Shown piece after piece: positions 56,937 through 64,000 of a stretch of DNA of 64,000 nt (position 1 is its first letter; every line of letters begins with the position of its first letter). This DNA comes from Terriglobia bacterium. GTDB taxonomy: Bacteria > Acidobacteriota > Terriglobia > Acidiferrales > UBA7541. The stretch lies in assembly GCA_963695545.1 (NCBI GenBank), contig OY968796.1, positions 1,984,001-2,048,000 of the forward strand. Direction: 5' to 3'. The translations under genes were made by a program, and so were the position numbers. The notes under the pieces are model-generated. The model saw nothing but the letters and a program-made list of their open reading frames with translations, made no database searches and had not been told where the DNA came from.

Positions 56937-58186
56937 CGGCCGTTCCAGCGGCGAAAGATCAGCGCGGCGTTGGTGCCGCCAAAACCGAAGGAGTTCGAGA
57001 GCGCGTATTCGACTTCAGCTTTGCGCGCGTGATTCGGAATGTAATCGAGGTCGCACGCAGGGTCGGGATTTTCGTAATTGATCGTCGGCGGCAATGTCTG
57101 ATCGCGCAGCGCGAGCACGCTGATGCCGGCTTCGAGTCCGCCCGCCCCGCCGAGCAAATGTCCGGTCATGGATTTCGTGGAGCTGACGGCAATCTTGTGC
57201 GCGACTTCACCGAAAGCGCGCTTCATGGCTTTGGTTTCGATGGCGTCGCCGAGCGGCGTCGAAGTGCCGTGCGCGTTTACGTAGCCGACCTGGCCGGGCT
57301 CGACTCCGGCGTCGCGCATGGCCCTGCGCATCACGCGAAACGCGCCGTCGCCATCTTCAGAAGGCTGCGTGATGTGGAACGCGTCCCCGCTCATTCCATA
57401 GCCCACAATTTCCGCCAAAATGTTGGCGCCGCGGCGCTGGGCAAGATCCAGCGATTCAAGGATCAACACACCCGAGCCTTCGCCCACCACGAACCCGTCG
57501 CGCTGCGCGTCGAAGGGACGACTGGCGCGGCCCGGCTCGTCGTTCCGCGTGGACAGTGCCTTCATCGACGAAAATCCGCCGATGCTCATCGGAGTGACGG
57601 CCGCTTCGCTGCCGCCGCTGATCATGGCCTCGGCGTCGCCGCGCTGGATCAGTCGAAACGAATCTCCCACGGCGTGAGCCGAAGCCGAGCAGGCCGTCGT
57701 CGTGGAAGAGTTTGGCCCGCGCGCGCCGTAGCGAATCGAAATGTGACCCGAGCCGAGATTGGCGATCGACGCTGGAATGAAAAACGGTGAGATGCGGCCG
57801 GGACCGCCTTGCATCAGTTTGGTGTGCTCGCGTTCGATCACGTCGAATCCGCCGATGCCCGTGCCGATGTACACGCCGACGTCGTCGCGGAGTTCCGGCG
57901 AGATCTCGAGGCCCGACATGCGCATCGCGGAGTCGGCGGCGGCCAGCGCCAACTGAATGAACCGGCCGATTTTCTTGACTTCTTTTTTTTCGAGCCAGTT
58001 CAGCGGATCGAAATTGCGGACTTCGCCGGCGATCTTGCAATCGAACGCCGTGGCGTCAAAATGCGTGATCGGCCCGACTCCGGGCTCGCCGGCGAGCAAC
58101 CGCGGCCACACTTCTGCGGTGCCGATGCCGAGGTCGCAGACGAGGCCGACACCCGTTACGACTACCCGGCGGTTCAACGGAGCCAT
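56933..58186 (-). CDS. fabF: 3-oxoacyl-ACP synthase II
   Basis: TACSAS, NAHGTST, KSMTGHLLG and SFGFGGTN motifs. Confidence 0.96.
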   Translation of the reverse strand: MAPLNRRVVVTGVGLVCDLGIGTAEVWPRLLAGEPGVGPITHFDATAFDCKIAGEVRNFDPLNWLEKKEVKKIGRFIQLALAAADSAMRMSGLEISPELRDDVGVYIGTGIGGFDVIEREHTKLMQGGPGRISPFFIPASIANLGSGHISIRYGARGPNSSTTTACSASAHAVGDSFRLIQRGDAEAMISGGSEAAVTPMSIGGFSSMKALSTRNDEPGRASRPFDAQRDGFVVGEGSGVLILESLDLAQRRGANILAEIVGYGMSGDAFHITQPSEDGDGAFRVMRRAMRDAGVEPGQVGYVNAHGTSTPLGDAIETKAMKRAFGEVAHKIAVSSTKSMTGHLLGGAGGLEAGISVLALRDQTLPPTINYENPDPACDLDYIPNHARKAEVEYALSNSFGFGGTNAALIFRRWNGR

Positions 58187-58222
58187 TCTCGTGCTCCTGC
58201 GTGCAATGCGGGGAGCGGTCGA

Positions 58223-58468
58223 TTACTTTTTGGCAGAGGCGTGCTTTTCGATGTAATCGATCGCGTCTTTCACGGTGGCGATTTTTTCGGCGTCCTCGTC
58301 GGGGATTTCGATCCCGAAGGCTTCCTCAAACGCCATCACCAGCTCAACCGTATCGAGCGAATCCGCGCCCAAATCGTCCACAAACGAAGCCGTCGGAGTC
58401 ACTTCCGCCTCGTCAACCCCCAGTTGCTCGACGATGATCTGCTTGACGCGCTCTTCCGTGCTGGCCAT
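58223..58468 (-). CDS. acpP: Acyl carrier protein
   Basis: [18 protein letters not shown] motif. Confidence 0.97.
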   Translation of the reverse strand: MASTEERVKQIIVEQLGVDEAEVTPTASFVDDLGADSLDTVELVMAFEEAFGIEIPDEDAEKIATVKDAIDYIEKHASAKK

Positions 58469-58607
58469 TCTGTTTTGCCTCCGCTCTGGCTGGTTTGGGC
58501 TCAGGCTTTCGATTTCGATTCAGACTACCCCTATTGTTTCCCGCCCATTCTATGCAGGCAATGCGGGAAGGTCAACCGCGCGCATTCGCGGCGCGGGGCG
58601 CTGCGGC

Positions 58608-59354
58608 CTAGCCCATCCTCAGGCCGCCGTTGACGTCGAGCACGGCGCCGGTGATGTACGCGGCCTCGTCGCTTGCCAGAAAAACGATCGCCGCCGCGAT
58701 TTCCGCGTCGGTGCCCATGCGGCCGAGAGGGATTCGCTCGAGCAGCGCTTGCTTAACGGCGTCGCTGAGCGGGTCCGTCATCGGCGAAACAATGAAGCCG
58801 GGCGCGACCGCATTCACGGTGATGCTTCGCGAAGCCACTTCGACGGCCAGCGCGCGCGTGAGGCCGATCAATCCGGCCTTTGCGGCGACGTAGTTTGACT
58901 GGCCTGCGTTGCCCGTCTCAGCTACCACCGACGTCACGTTGATGATCCGGCCCGAGCGTTGCCGCATCATCACGGCCAAGGCTTGCTGCGCGCACAAATG
59001 CGCGCCGGTCAAATTCGTGCGCAGCACGGCGTCCCAATCGTCGGCCTTCATGCGCACGGCCAGGCCGTCGCGCGTGATAGCGGCGTTGTTCACTAAAATG
59101 TCCAGGCGGCCGAAGCGCTCGATGGCGCGCTTGAAACCCGATTTCACCTGTTCCGCGTCAGCCACATCCATCGGTACGGCCAGCGCTTCCGCACCGGCCG
59201 CCGTGACTTCGGCTTCGATGGCCGCGAGTTTTTCGGCGTTGCGCGCGGCGAGCGCCACGCGCGCTCCGGCGCCGAGCAGCGCGAGAGCCGTGGCGCGGCC
59301 GATGCCTTGCGAGGCGCCAGTTACCAGAGCGACTTTTCCCGTCAGATTGAACAT
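58608..59354 (-). CDS. fabG: 3-oxoacyl-ACP reductase
   Basis: TGASQGIG, NNA.ITRD, GNAGQ.NY.AAK and VNAVAPGFI motifs. Confidence 0.95.
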   Translation of the reverse strand: MFNLTGKVALVTGASQGIGRATALALLGAGARVALAARNAEKLAAIEAEVTAAGAEALAVPMDVADAEQVKSGFKRAIERFGRLDILVNNAAITRDGLAVRMKADDWDAVLRTNLTGAHLCAQQALAVMMRQRSGRIINVTSVVAETGNAGQSNYVAAKAGLIGLTRALAVEVASRSITVNAVAPGFIVSPMTDPLSDAVKQALLERIPLGRMGTDAEIAAAIVFLASDEAAYITGAVLDVNGGLRMG

Positions 59355-59388
59355 GGAAAATTCAGACTGTCTCCGAATTCGATTTCGA

Positions 59389-60351
59389 CTAAATCTCGGA
59401 CACTTCGGCTCGGGCTTGCGCCAATTTTTCGAGCGTCGTGCCCAGCGATTTTTCGTCTTCGACGTTCGAGCAGTGCACCGAGCGATCCATTTGACGCAGC
59501 AGTCCGCTCAGCACGCGCCCCGGACCGACTTCGACGAACGACGTTACGCCTTCTTCGATCAGCGCGCGAATCGATTGTTCCCAGCGCACCGGCAACGTCA
59601 CCTGGCGAATCAGCGCCGAGCGTGCTTCGTCGCCCGTAGTAATAATCTCGGCGTCGACGTTCGTGACCAGCGGAATCTCGAGGGGGCCGAACTTTGTCGC
59701 GCGCAAATCGCCTTCGAGGCGCTCGGCCGCCGGGCGCATCATTTCGCTGTGAAACGGAGCAGAGACCGCCAGCACCACGGCGCGTTTCGCCCCCGCTTGC
59801 GACGCCAATTCTACCGCGCGCTTCACCGCTGCCGCGCTGCCGGAAATTACCGTTTGATCCGGAGAATTCAAATTGGCCGGCGCGGCCGTTTCTTCGGCCG
59901 ACGACGATTTGCGGCAAATGTCCGCCACCTGCGCAGGCGAAAGTCCCATGATCGCGGCCATCGCGCCTTGACCCTCGGGCACGGCCTCCTGCATGTACTG
60001 GCCCCGGCGGCGCACCAGTCGCACCGCATCGGCGAAATCGAGCGAGCCCGCCGCGACCAGCGCCGAAAATTCGCCTAGGCTGTGCCCGGCGACGTAATCC
60101 GGGCGTATGCCATTTTCCGCCAACAGCCGCGCCGCGGCCACCGATACGGTCAGGATCGCGGGCTGGGTATTGACGGTTTTTTTCAGTGCCTCTTCGGAGC
60201 CATCGAAACAAATCCCGGAAAGCGATTCGCCCAGCGCGCGATCCGCTTCGGCGAACGTGACTGCCGCGGTAGGGAATTTCTCCGCGAGGTCTTTGCCCAT
60301 CCCCGGATACTGGGCGGCTTGACCCGGAAACATGAACGCCAGCTTGCCCAT
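59389..60351 (-). CDS. fabD: Malonyl-CoA:ACP transacylase
   Basis: FPGQ, GHSLGE, VSAPFHS and EVGPG motifs. Confidence 0.96.
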   Translation of the reverse strand: MGKLAFMFPGQAAQYPGMGKDLAEKFPTAAVTFAEADRALGESLSGICFDGSEEALKKTVNTQPAILTVSVAAARLLAENGIRPDYVAGHSLGEFSALVAAGSLDFADAVRLVRRRGQYMQEAVPEGQGAMAAIMGLSPAQVADICRKSSSAEETAAPANLNSPDQTVISGSAAAVKRAVELASQAGAKRAVVLAVSAPFHSEMMRPAAERLEGDLRATKFGPLEIPLVTNVDAEIITTGDEARSALIRQVTLPVRWEQSIRALIEEGVTSFVEVGPGRVLSGLLRQMDRSVHCSNVEDEKSLGTTLEKLAQARAEVSEI

Positions 60352-60564
60352 CTTGCGGCCTGCTTTCTTTCTAGGTGTCTTTGTCCCTCAGACCCTGGGT
60401 GTCCGGGGTTCCTCGCGGTGCCAGCCACTTCGCCGCATCGAGCACAGTCATGCGGCTGGCCGTGCCTCGTCGCCGCTGGCCGTGGTTCACCAGGGAGGCT
60501 TTGGGTCAACTCGCGTGCAGATCGTGTGCAGATACGTTACAGATCGACGAGCGGCTTCCTCGGC

Positions 60565-60744
60565 TCAGGCGGTCGTGTCGACGACTTCGCGTCCCTTGTA
60601 ATAGCCGCAGTGTGGGCAGGCCTGATGCGGCTGTTTCATCTCATGGCAATTCGGACATTCGGCGAGCGCAGGCGCCTTCAGGTGGTCGTGCGCGCGCCTC
60701 TGGTTCTTGCGCCGATGAGAATGACGACGTTTCGGATTGGGCAT
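60565..60744 (-). CDS. rpmF: 50S ribosomal protein L32 (Zn-binding form), absent from the ORF track
   Basis: Manual translation: MPNPKRRHSHRRKNQRRAHDHLKAPALAECPNCHEMKQPHQACPHCGYYKGREVVDTTA; AAGGAG RBS. Confidence 0.96.
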   Translation of the reverse strand: MPNPKRRHSHRRKNQRRAHDHLKAPALAECPNCHEMKQPHQACPHCGYYKGREVVDTTA

Positions 60745-60807
60745 ACAAACTCCTTCGCGGGGCCCGTAGGGGACGGCTGTATTCTATGCCGTTTCGCCGC
60801 TGGATGA

Positions 60808-61341
60808 CTAATGCTTCTTCTGCCAGTTCTGCTTGATTCTCCCGAGCACCGCCAGGCGGGGATCCACGGCGTGTGCGTCGCAGCGGCAATCCTCGCCATT
60901 CAGATTGGCGCCGCACTGCGGACATAAGCCGCGGCAATCGCTGCGGCATATCACCTTCATGGGCAACGCTAACAGCACTTGCTCGGCCAGCACGTCGGCC
61001 AGGAACAGCCCATCGCCCTCGAAAAAGCCGATTTCCGTATCGTCCGTCTTGAGCCGAAGTTCCTCTTCGCGGCTCATGCCCTCCAGCGGCTTGTAGGTCA
61101 GGTCGAAATCGCGGCTGATCTCTTCGACCACCGGCTCAAGGCAACGCGCGCAGACCATCTCAAGGCGCGTGTGCAGGTCGCCGACCAGGCGAATTTGGCC
61201 GTCGAGCAATTCGGCCTTCGCGCTCACCTCAAGTGGCTCAACCTGGCGGAATTCGGCCGAGTGGAAATCCAGCGTTCCCGGAGCGTAGCTCTTGTGGAGC
61301 TGGATCTTGTGCAGCGCGAGCTCTTTGACGTCGATAAACAT
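60808..61341 (-). CDS. yceD: DUF177/YceD family protein
   Basis: CARCL, E...LALP...CRSDCRGLCPQCG.NLN and DPRL motifs; upstream of rpmF. Confidence 0.92.
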   Translation of the reverse strand: MFIDVKELALHKIQLHKSYAPGTLDFHSAEFRQVEPLEVSAKAELLDGQIRLVGDLHTRLEMVCARCLEPVVEEISRDFDLTYKPLEGMSREEELRLKTDDTEIGFFEGDGLFLADVLAEQVLLALPMKVICRSDCRGLCPQCGANLNGEDCRCDAHAVDPRLAVLGRIKQNWQKKH

Positions 61342-61373
61342 CGTGTTTCGTGTGCCTGTTCAGGCAAATGTTA

Positions 61374-61401
61374 ATTATAGGGACCGTCTGGGCCAAGTCA
61401 A
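61374..61401 (-). promoter_or_regulatory. Promoter of the yceD-rpmF-fab operon
   Basis: TTGACT (61396-401)-16 bp-TATAAT (61374-79). Confidence 0.6.
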
Positions 61402-61693
61402 GGAAGGCTCGCGGAGGGCGTGATACTCGTGGCGCGTCCGCTTCGAGCCAGATTGTCGCGCACCAACGGGGCCTATCCATCATCAAACGATCAGGAGCAG
61501 TCAGAGCGGCGGTCGGCGCCGGGTGCGCGTTTTGAGCGGATTTCTGATCCGATGGCGACGCGTTTATGGGTGCCAAAAAGCTAGTACCCGATTGGAGTCC
61601 TACCGAGAACAAGCCGTGTGATTGCGTTCGCGGGGGCGCGTATGTTCGTTGTGTCGGGTGCAAGGACCTCTCAGAACGGATTTGGTGCGAGAC

Positions 61694-62026
61694 ATGATGC
61701 TGATTATTCCGTTGGCGATTTTGGCTGCGGTGGGATTGGTGATATTGCTGCGCCCCTGGCCATTTTTCATCCCACACGAAGAATCGCAGGGCTCGAACGG
61801 GGAAGTGAACAACCGAAACATTGCCATACAATTCGGCAAGTGGGTTGAGCGCCAGGCGCGCGCGCGCGGACTCAGCGTTCGCGGATTTGCGCGAGCCGTG
61901 CCCATCGAATGCCCCAAGTGCCACAAGACTTCCAATTATTTCGTCTACCCCGATGAAGTTTGCGAGCGTTGCTGGCGCGCCACGCTCAAGCCGATCTCCA
62001 CGCCCATCAAAGACGATCGGCACTAG
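61694..62026 (+). CDS. Small membrane-anchored protein with CxxC...CxxC
   Basis: N-terminal TM; CPKC and CERC. Confidence 0.5.
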   Translation: MMLIIPLAILAAVGLVILLRPWPFFIPHEESQGSNGEVNNRNIAIQFGKWVERQARARGLSVRGFARAVPIECPKCHKTSNYFVYPDEVCERCWRATLKPISTPIKDDRH

Positions 62027-62193
62027 ATTCGCGTAACTCCGATTTCGTTTCGGTCCCGCAGCAATTCGCCCCGGCGCCGGTTCGCCTGAACCGGATTCGC
62101 TGCGGAAATGTTAGCTCCATGCCACTCCCGTTTGCGGACGCGACCTTGAAGCTCGTAGTATTTCTCATCGTTCTCCGCTGACGTTTCTCACGA

Positions 62194-62508
62194 ATGACGG
62201 AGACGCGCGTGTCGTCGAAAGGAGTCTTGGCGATGGAAGATCACATTGAATCGAAGCACGGCGATGGTCGCGCCATCGAAAAAAAGGCTGGCGCATTTGG
62301 ATCGGCGGCCATCGGCGCATTCGCGATCGGCGCGTTTGCCGTCGGTGCATTCGCGATCGGGGCGCTGGCCATCGGGCGGCTGGCGATCGGAAGGATGCAA
62401 ATCCGGAAAGCCAGAATCAAGTCTCTCGAGATCGACGAACTTTCTGTGAAGCGGCTGCGCGTCTCGGATCTCGTCGTAAGTGACTCGGTCAGCTTGCCCC
62501 CACGATGA
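62194..62508 (+). CDS. Small protein with (A-I/V-G-x-x) pentapeptide repeats (start may be 62233)
   Basis: Six 15-bp units at 62308-62397 varying mainly at third codon positions, then IKSLEIDEL.V.RLRV. Confidence 0.7.
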   Translation: MTETRVSSKGVLAMEDHIESKHGDGRAIEKKAGAFGSAAIGAFAIGAFAVGAFAIGALAIGRLAIGRMQIRKARIKSLEIDELSVKRLRVSDLVVSDSVSLPPR

Positions 62509-63631
62509 GTTCGCCGTGCAGGCGCAGCAGGAATTGATCGGTCATGCCGGCGATGTAGTCGCAGACGACGCGATGCGGGGCGGTAGTTTGCGCCTGGCGC
62601 GCGTAGTAAGGCGGCATGGCTTCCGGGCGATCGATGTAGTAAGCGAAGAGTTGTTTGAGCGCGGCGACGGAGCGATCGCGGTCTTCCACGATGGATGGAT
62701 GCTCGTAGAGGCGAGTGCGCAGAAATTTCTTGAGCGTGGCGTTGCCCGCGGCGATGGCGGGGCTGAAGCCGGCGAGGCGGCGCGGGAAGCGGCGCACTTC
62801 TTCAACGCTGCCTGGATTCGCGGCGCGAACCTGCTGCGCGGTGTGGTCGATCAAATCGGTCGCGAGAAGATTGAGCAGACGCTTCAATGCTTCGTTGAAT
62901 TTCAGCTGCGCGCGGCCGGTCGGATGGCCGCGCTCGACATTCGCGTAGCATTCGGCGAAGAGCGGCACGTCGGCGCAAATCGTTGTGACGTCGATGAGGC
63001 GCGCTTCGCGTCCGTCGTCCAAGTCCGCGGTGTTGTAGGCGATTTCATCGACGGAATCCATGATTTGCGCTTCGAGCGGTGGACGCTCGTCGAGCAGATA
63101 TTCGGCGAGCGCAGGGAATTCGCGCGCGTCGTAGTCATGCGAATGCTTGACGATTCCTTCGCGCACTTCAAACGTGAGATTCAGGCCGGGGAAATCCAAG
63201 TAGCGCTGCTCGAACTGCTCGACGATGCGCAGAGCGTGCAGATTGTGATCGAAGTGGTCGCCAAACTTCTGCATGAGCGCATCGAGCGCGGCTTCGCCGG
63301 CGTGGCCGAACGGAGGATGTCCGAGATCGTGCGCGAGGGCCAGAGCTTCGGCGAGATCGGCGTTGAGCGAGAGCGCGCCGGCGATGGTGCGCGCGATTTG
63401 CGCGACTTCGAGCGTGTGCGTGAGGCGCGTGCGGAAGTGGTCCGAGTAGCGCGTGGTGAAAACTTGCGTTTTGGCTTCGAGGCGGCGAAACGCGCGCGAG
63501 TGAATCACGCGGTCGCGATCGCGCGCGTAGTCGTTGCGATACGGATGCGGCGGCTCGGGATAGCGCCGGCCGCGCGTGGCACGGACGTCCATGGCGTACG
63601 GCGCGTTCGGAGGATTCGACTCGGCCGTCAT
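62489..63631 (-). CDS. dgt: dGTP triphosphohydrolase (short form)
   Basis: RDRDRVIHSRAFRRL..KTQVF, RTRLTHTLEV, HDLGHPPFGHAGE and DYIAGMTD motifs. Confidence 0.95.
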   Translation of the reverse strand: MTAESNPPNAPYAMDVRATRGRRYPEPPHPYRNDYARDRDRVIHSRAFRRLEAKTQVFTTRYSDHFRTRLTHTLEVAQIARTIAGALSLNADLAEALALAHDLGHPPFGHAGEAALDALMQKFGDHFDHNLHALRIVEQFEQRYLDFPGLNLTFEVREGIVKHSHDYDAREFPALAEYLLDERPPLEAQIMDSVDEIAYNTADLDDGREARLIDVTTICADVPLFAECYANVERGHPTGRAQLKFNEALKRLLNLLATDLIDHTAQQVRAANPGSVEEVRRFPRRLAGFSPAIAAGNATLKKFLRTRLYEHPSIVEDRDRSVAALKQLFAYYIDRPEAMPPYYARQAQTTAPHRVVCDYIAGMTDQFLLRLHGELIVGAS

Positions 63632-63651
63632 CGCGCTGGGTTATAAAAAAG

Positions 63652-64000
63652 CTAAGACTTAGTGTTCAGTAATTCCAACCGCTCGTCGGCCTGATCGGCG
63701 ACGGGCGTGCCGGAATAATCCGTCTTGATCTGGTTGTAAAGCTTGGCGGCTTGCGCGGGATCGCTTTGGGCGTAGTGATCGGCCAGACTCAGCAGGACCA
63801 TCGCCTTGGGCACCAGCACCGAGGGCTTGTCCTCAAGCAGCTGGTACAAGGCGACGGCTTCGGGGCCGCGGCCGTTTTTATCGTAAAACTGCGCGAGCTG
63901 AAAGCGCGCCAGGGCCGCGAAGTCGGGATCGCTGCCGCCGGCGACGGCTTTCAGATTCTTCTCGGCTTGGTCATTGCTGCCGAGCGCTTCAAGACACAGC
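63652..64000 (-). CDS. TPR/YfgM-like protein (5' partial)
   Basis: Frame open to the window end; helical repeats LARFQLAQFY...EAVALYQ and A.KLY.QI..DY. Confidence 0.65.
   Translation of the reverse strand, partial: LCLEALGSNDQAEKNLKAVAGGSDPDFAALARFQLAQFYDKNGRGPEAVALYQLLEDKPSVLVPKAMVLLSLADHYAQSDPAQAAKLYNQIKTDYSGTPVADQADERLELLNTKS

Overview
GC-rich bacterial chromosome segment, probably Acidobacteriota (inferred from gene content, gene order and repeat types). Most of it is core genome: queF, a LonC-like protease, tkt, a ppiD-like gene, mreBCD-mrdA-rodA-rne, folD-coaE-htrA, yceD-rpmF-fabD-fabG-acpP-fabF-etfB-etfA-ETF-QO and dgt. The main accessory feature is a 5.9 kb IS1595-family cargo transposon (19239-25159, 22-bp TIRs, 8-bp TSD GCAAGATG). 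It carries its own promoter-driven cluster of irregular tRNA-like RNAs: a D-armless mini-tRNA with Ala identity (G3:U70, A73) and a long-variable-arm, Ser/Sec-like tRNA with the Ile anticodon UAU, flanked by further hairpin RNA. Nested inside it are an IS1-family cargo element (18-bp perfect TIRs, 8-bp TSD) and an IS3 element that truncates a cargo serine protease. A second unexplained signal is a dispersed 330-400 bp element present twice (about 14.3-14.6 kb and 43.1-43.5 kb). Each copy has TTCGAA boxes, an identically spaced sigma70 promoter with a leaderless ATG, and an array of ~26-bp motifs. Also notable are an RNase E/G with a ~500-aa disordered insert in its S1 domain, an MBL-PilZ fusion, several Zn-ribbon proteins and several REP-type repeats. 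All family assignments come from motif recognition by eye; no searches were run.
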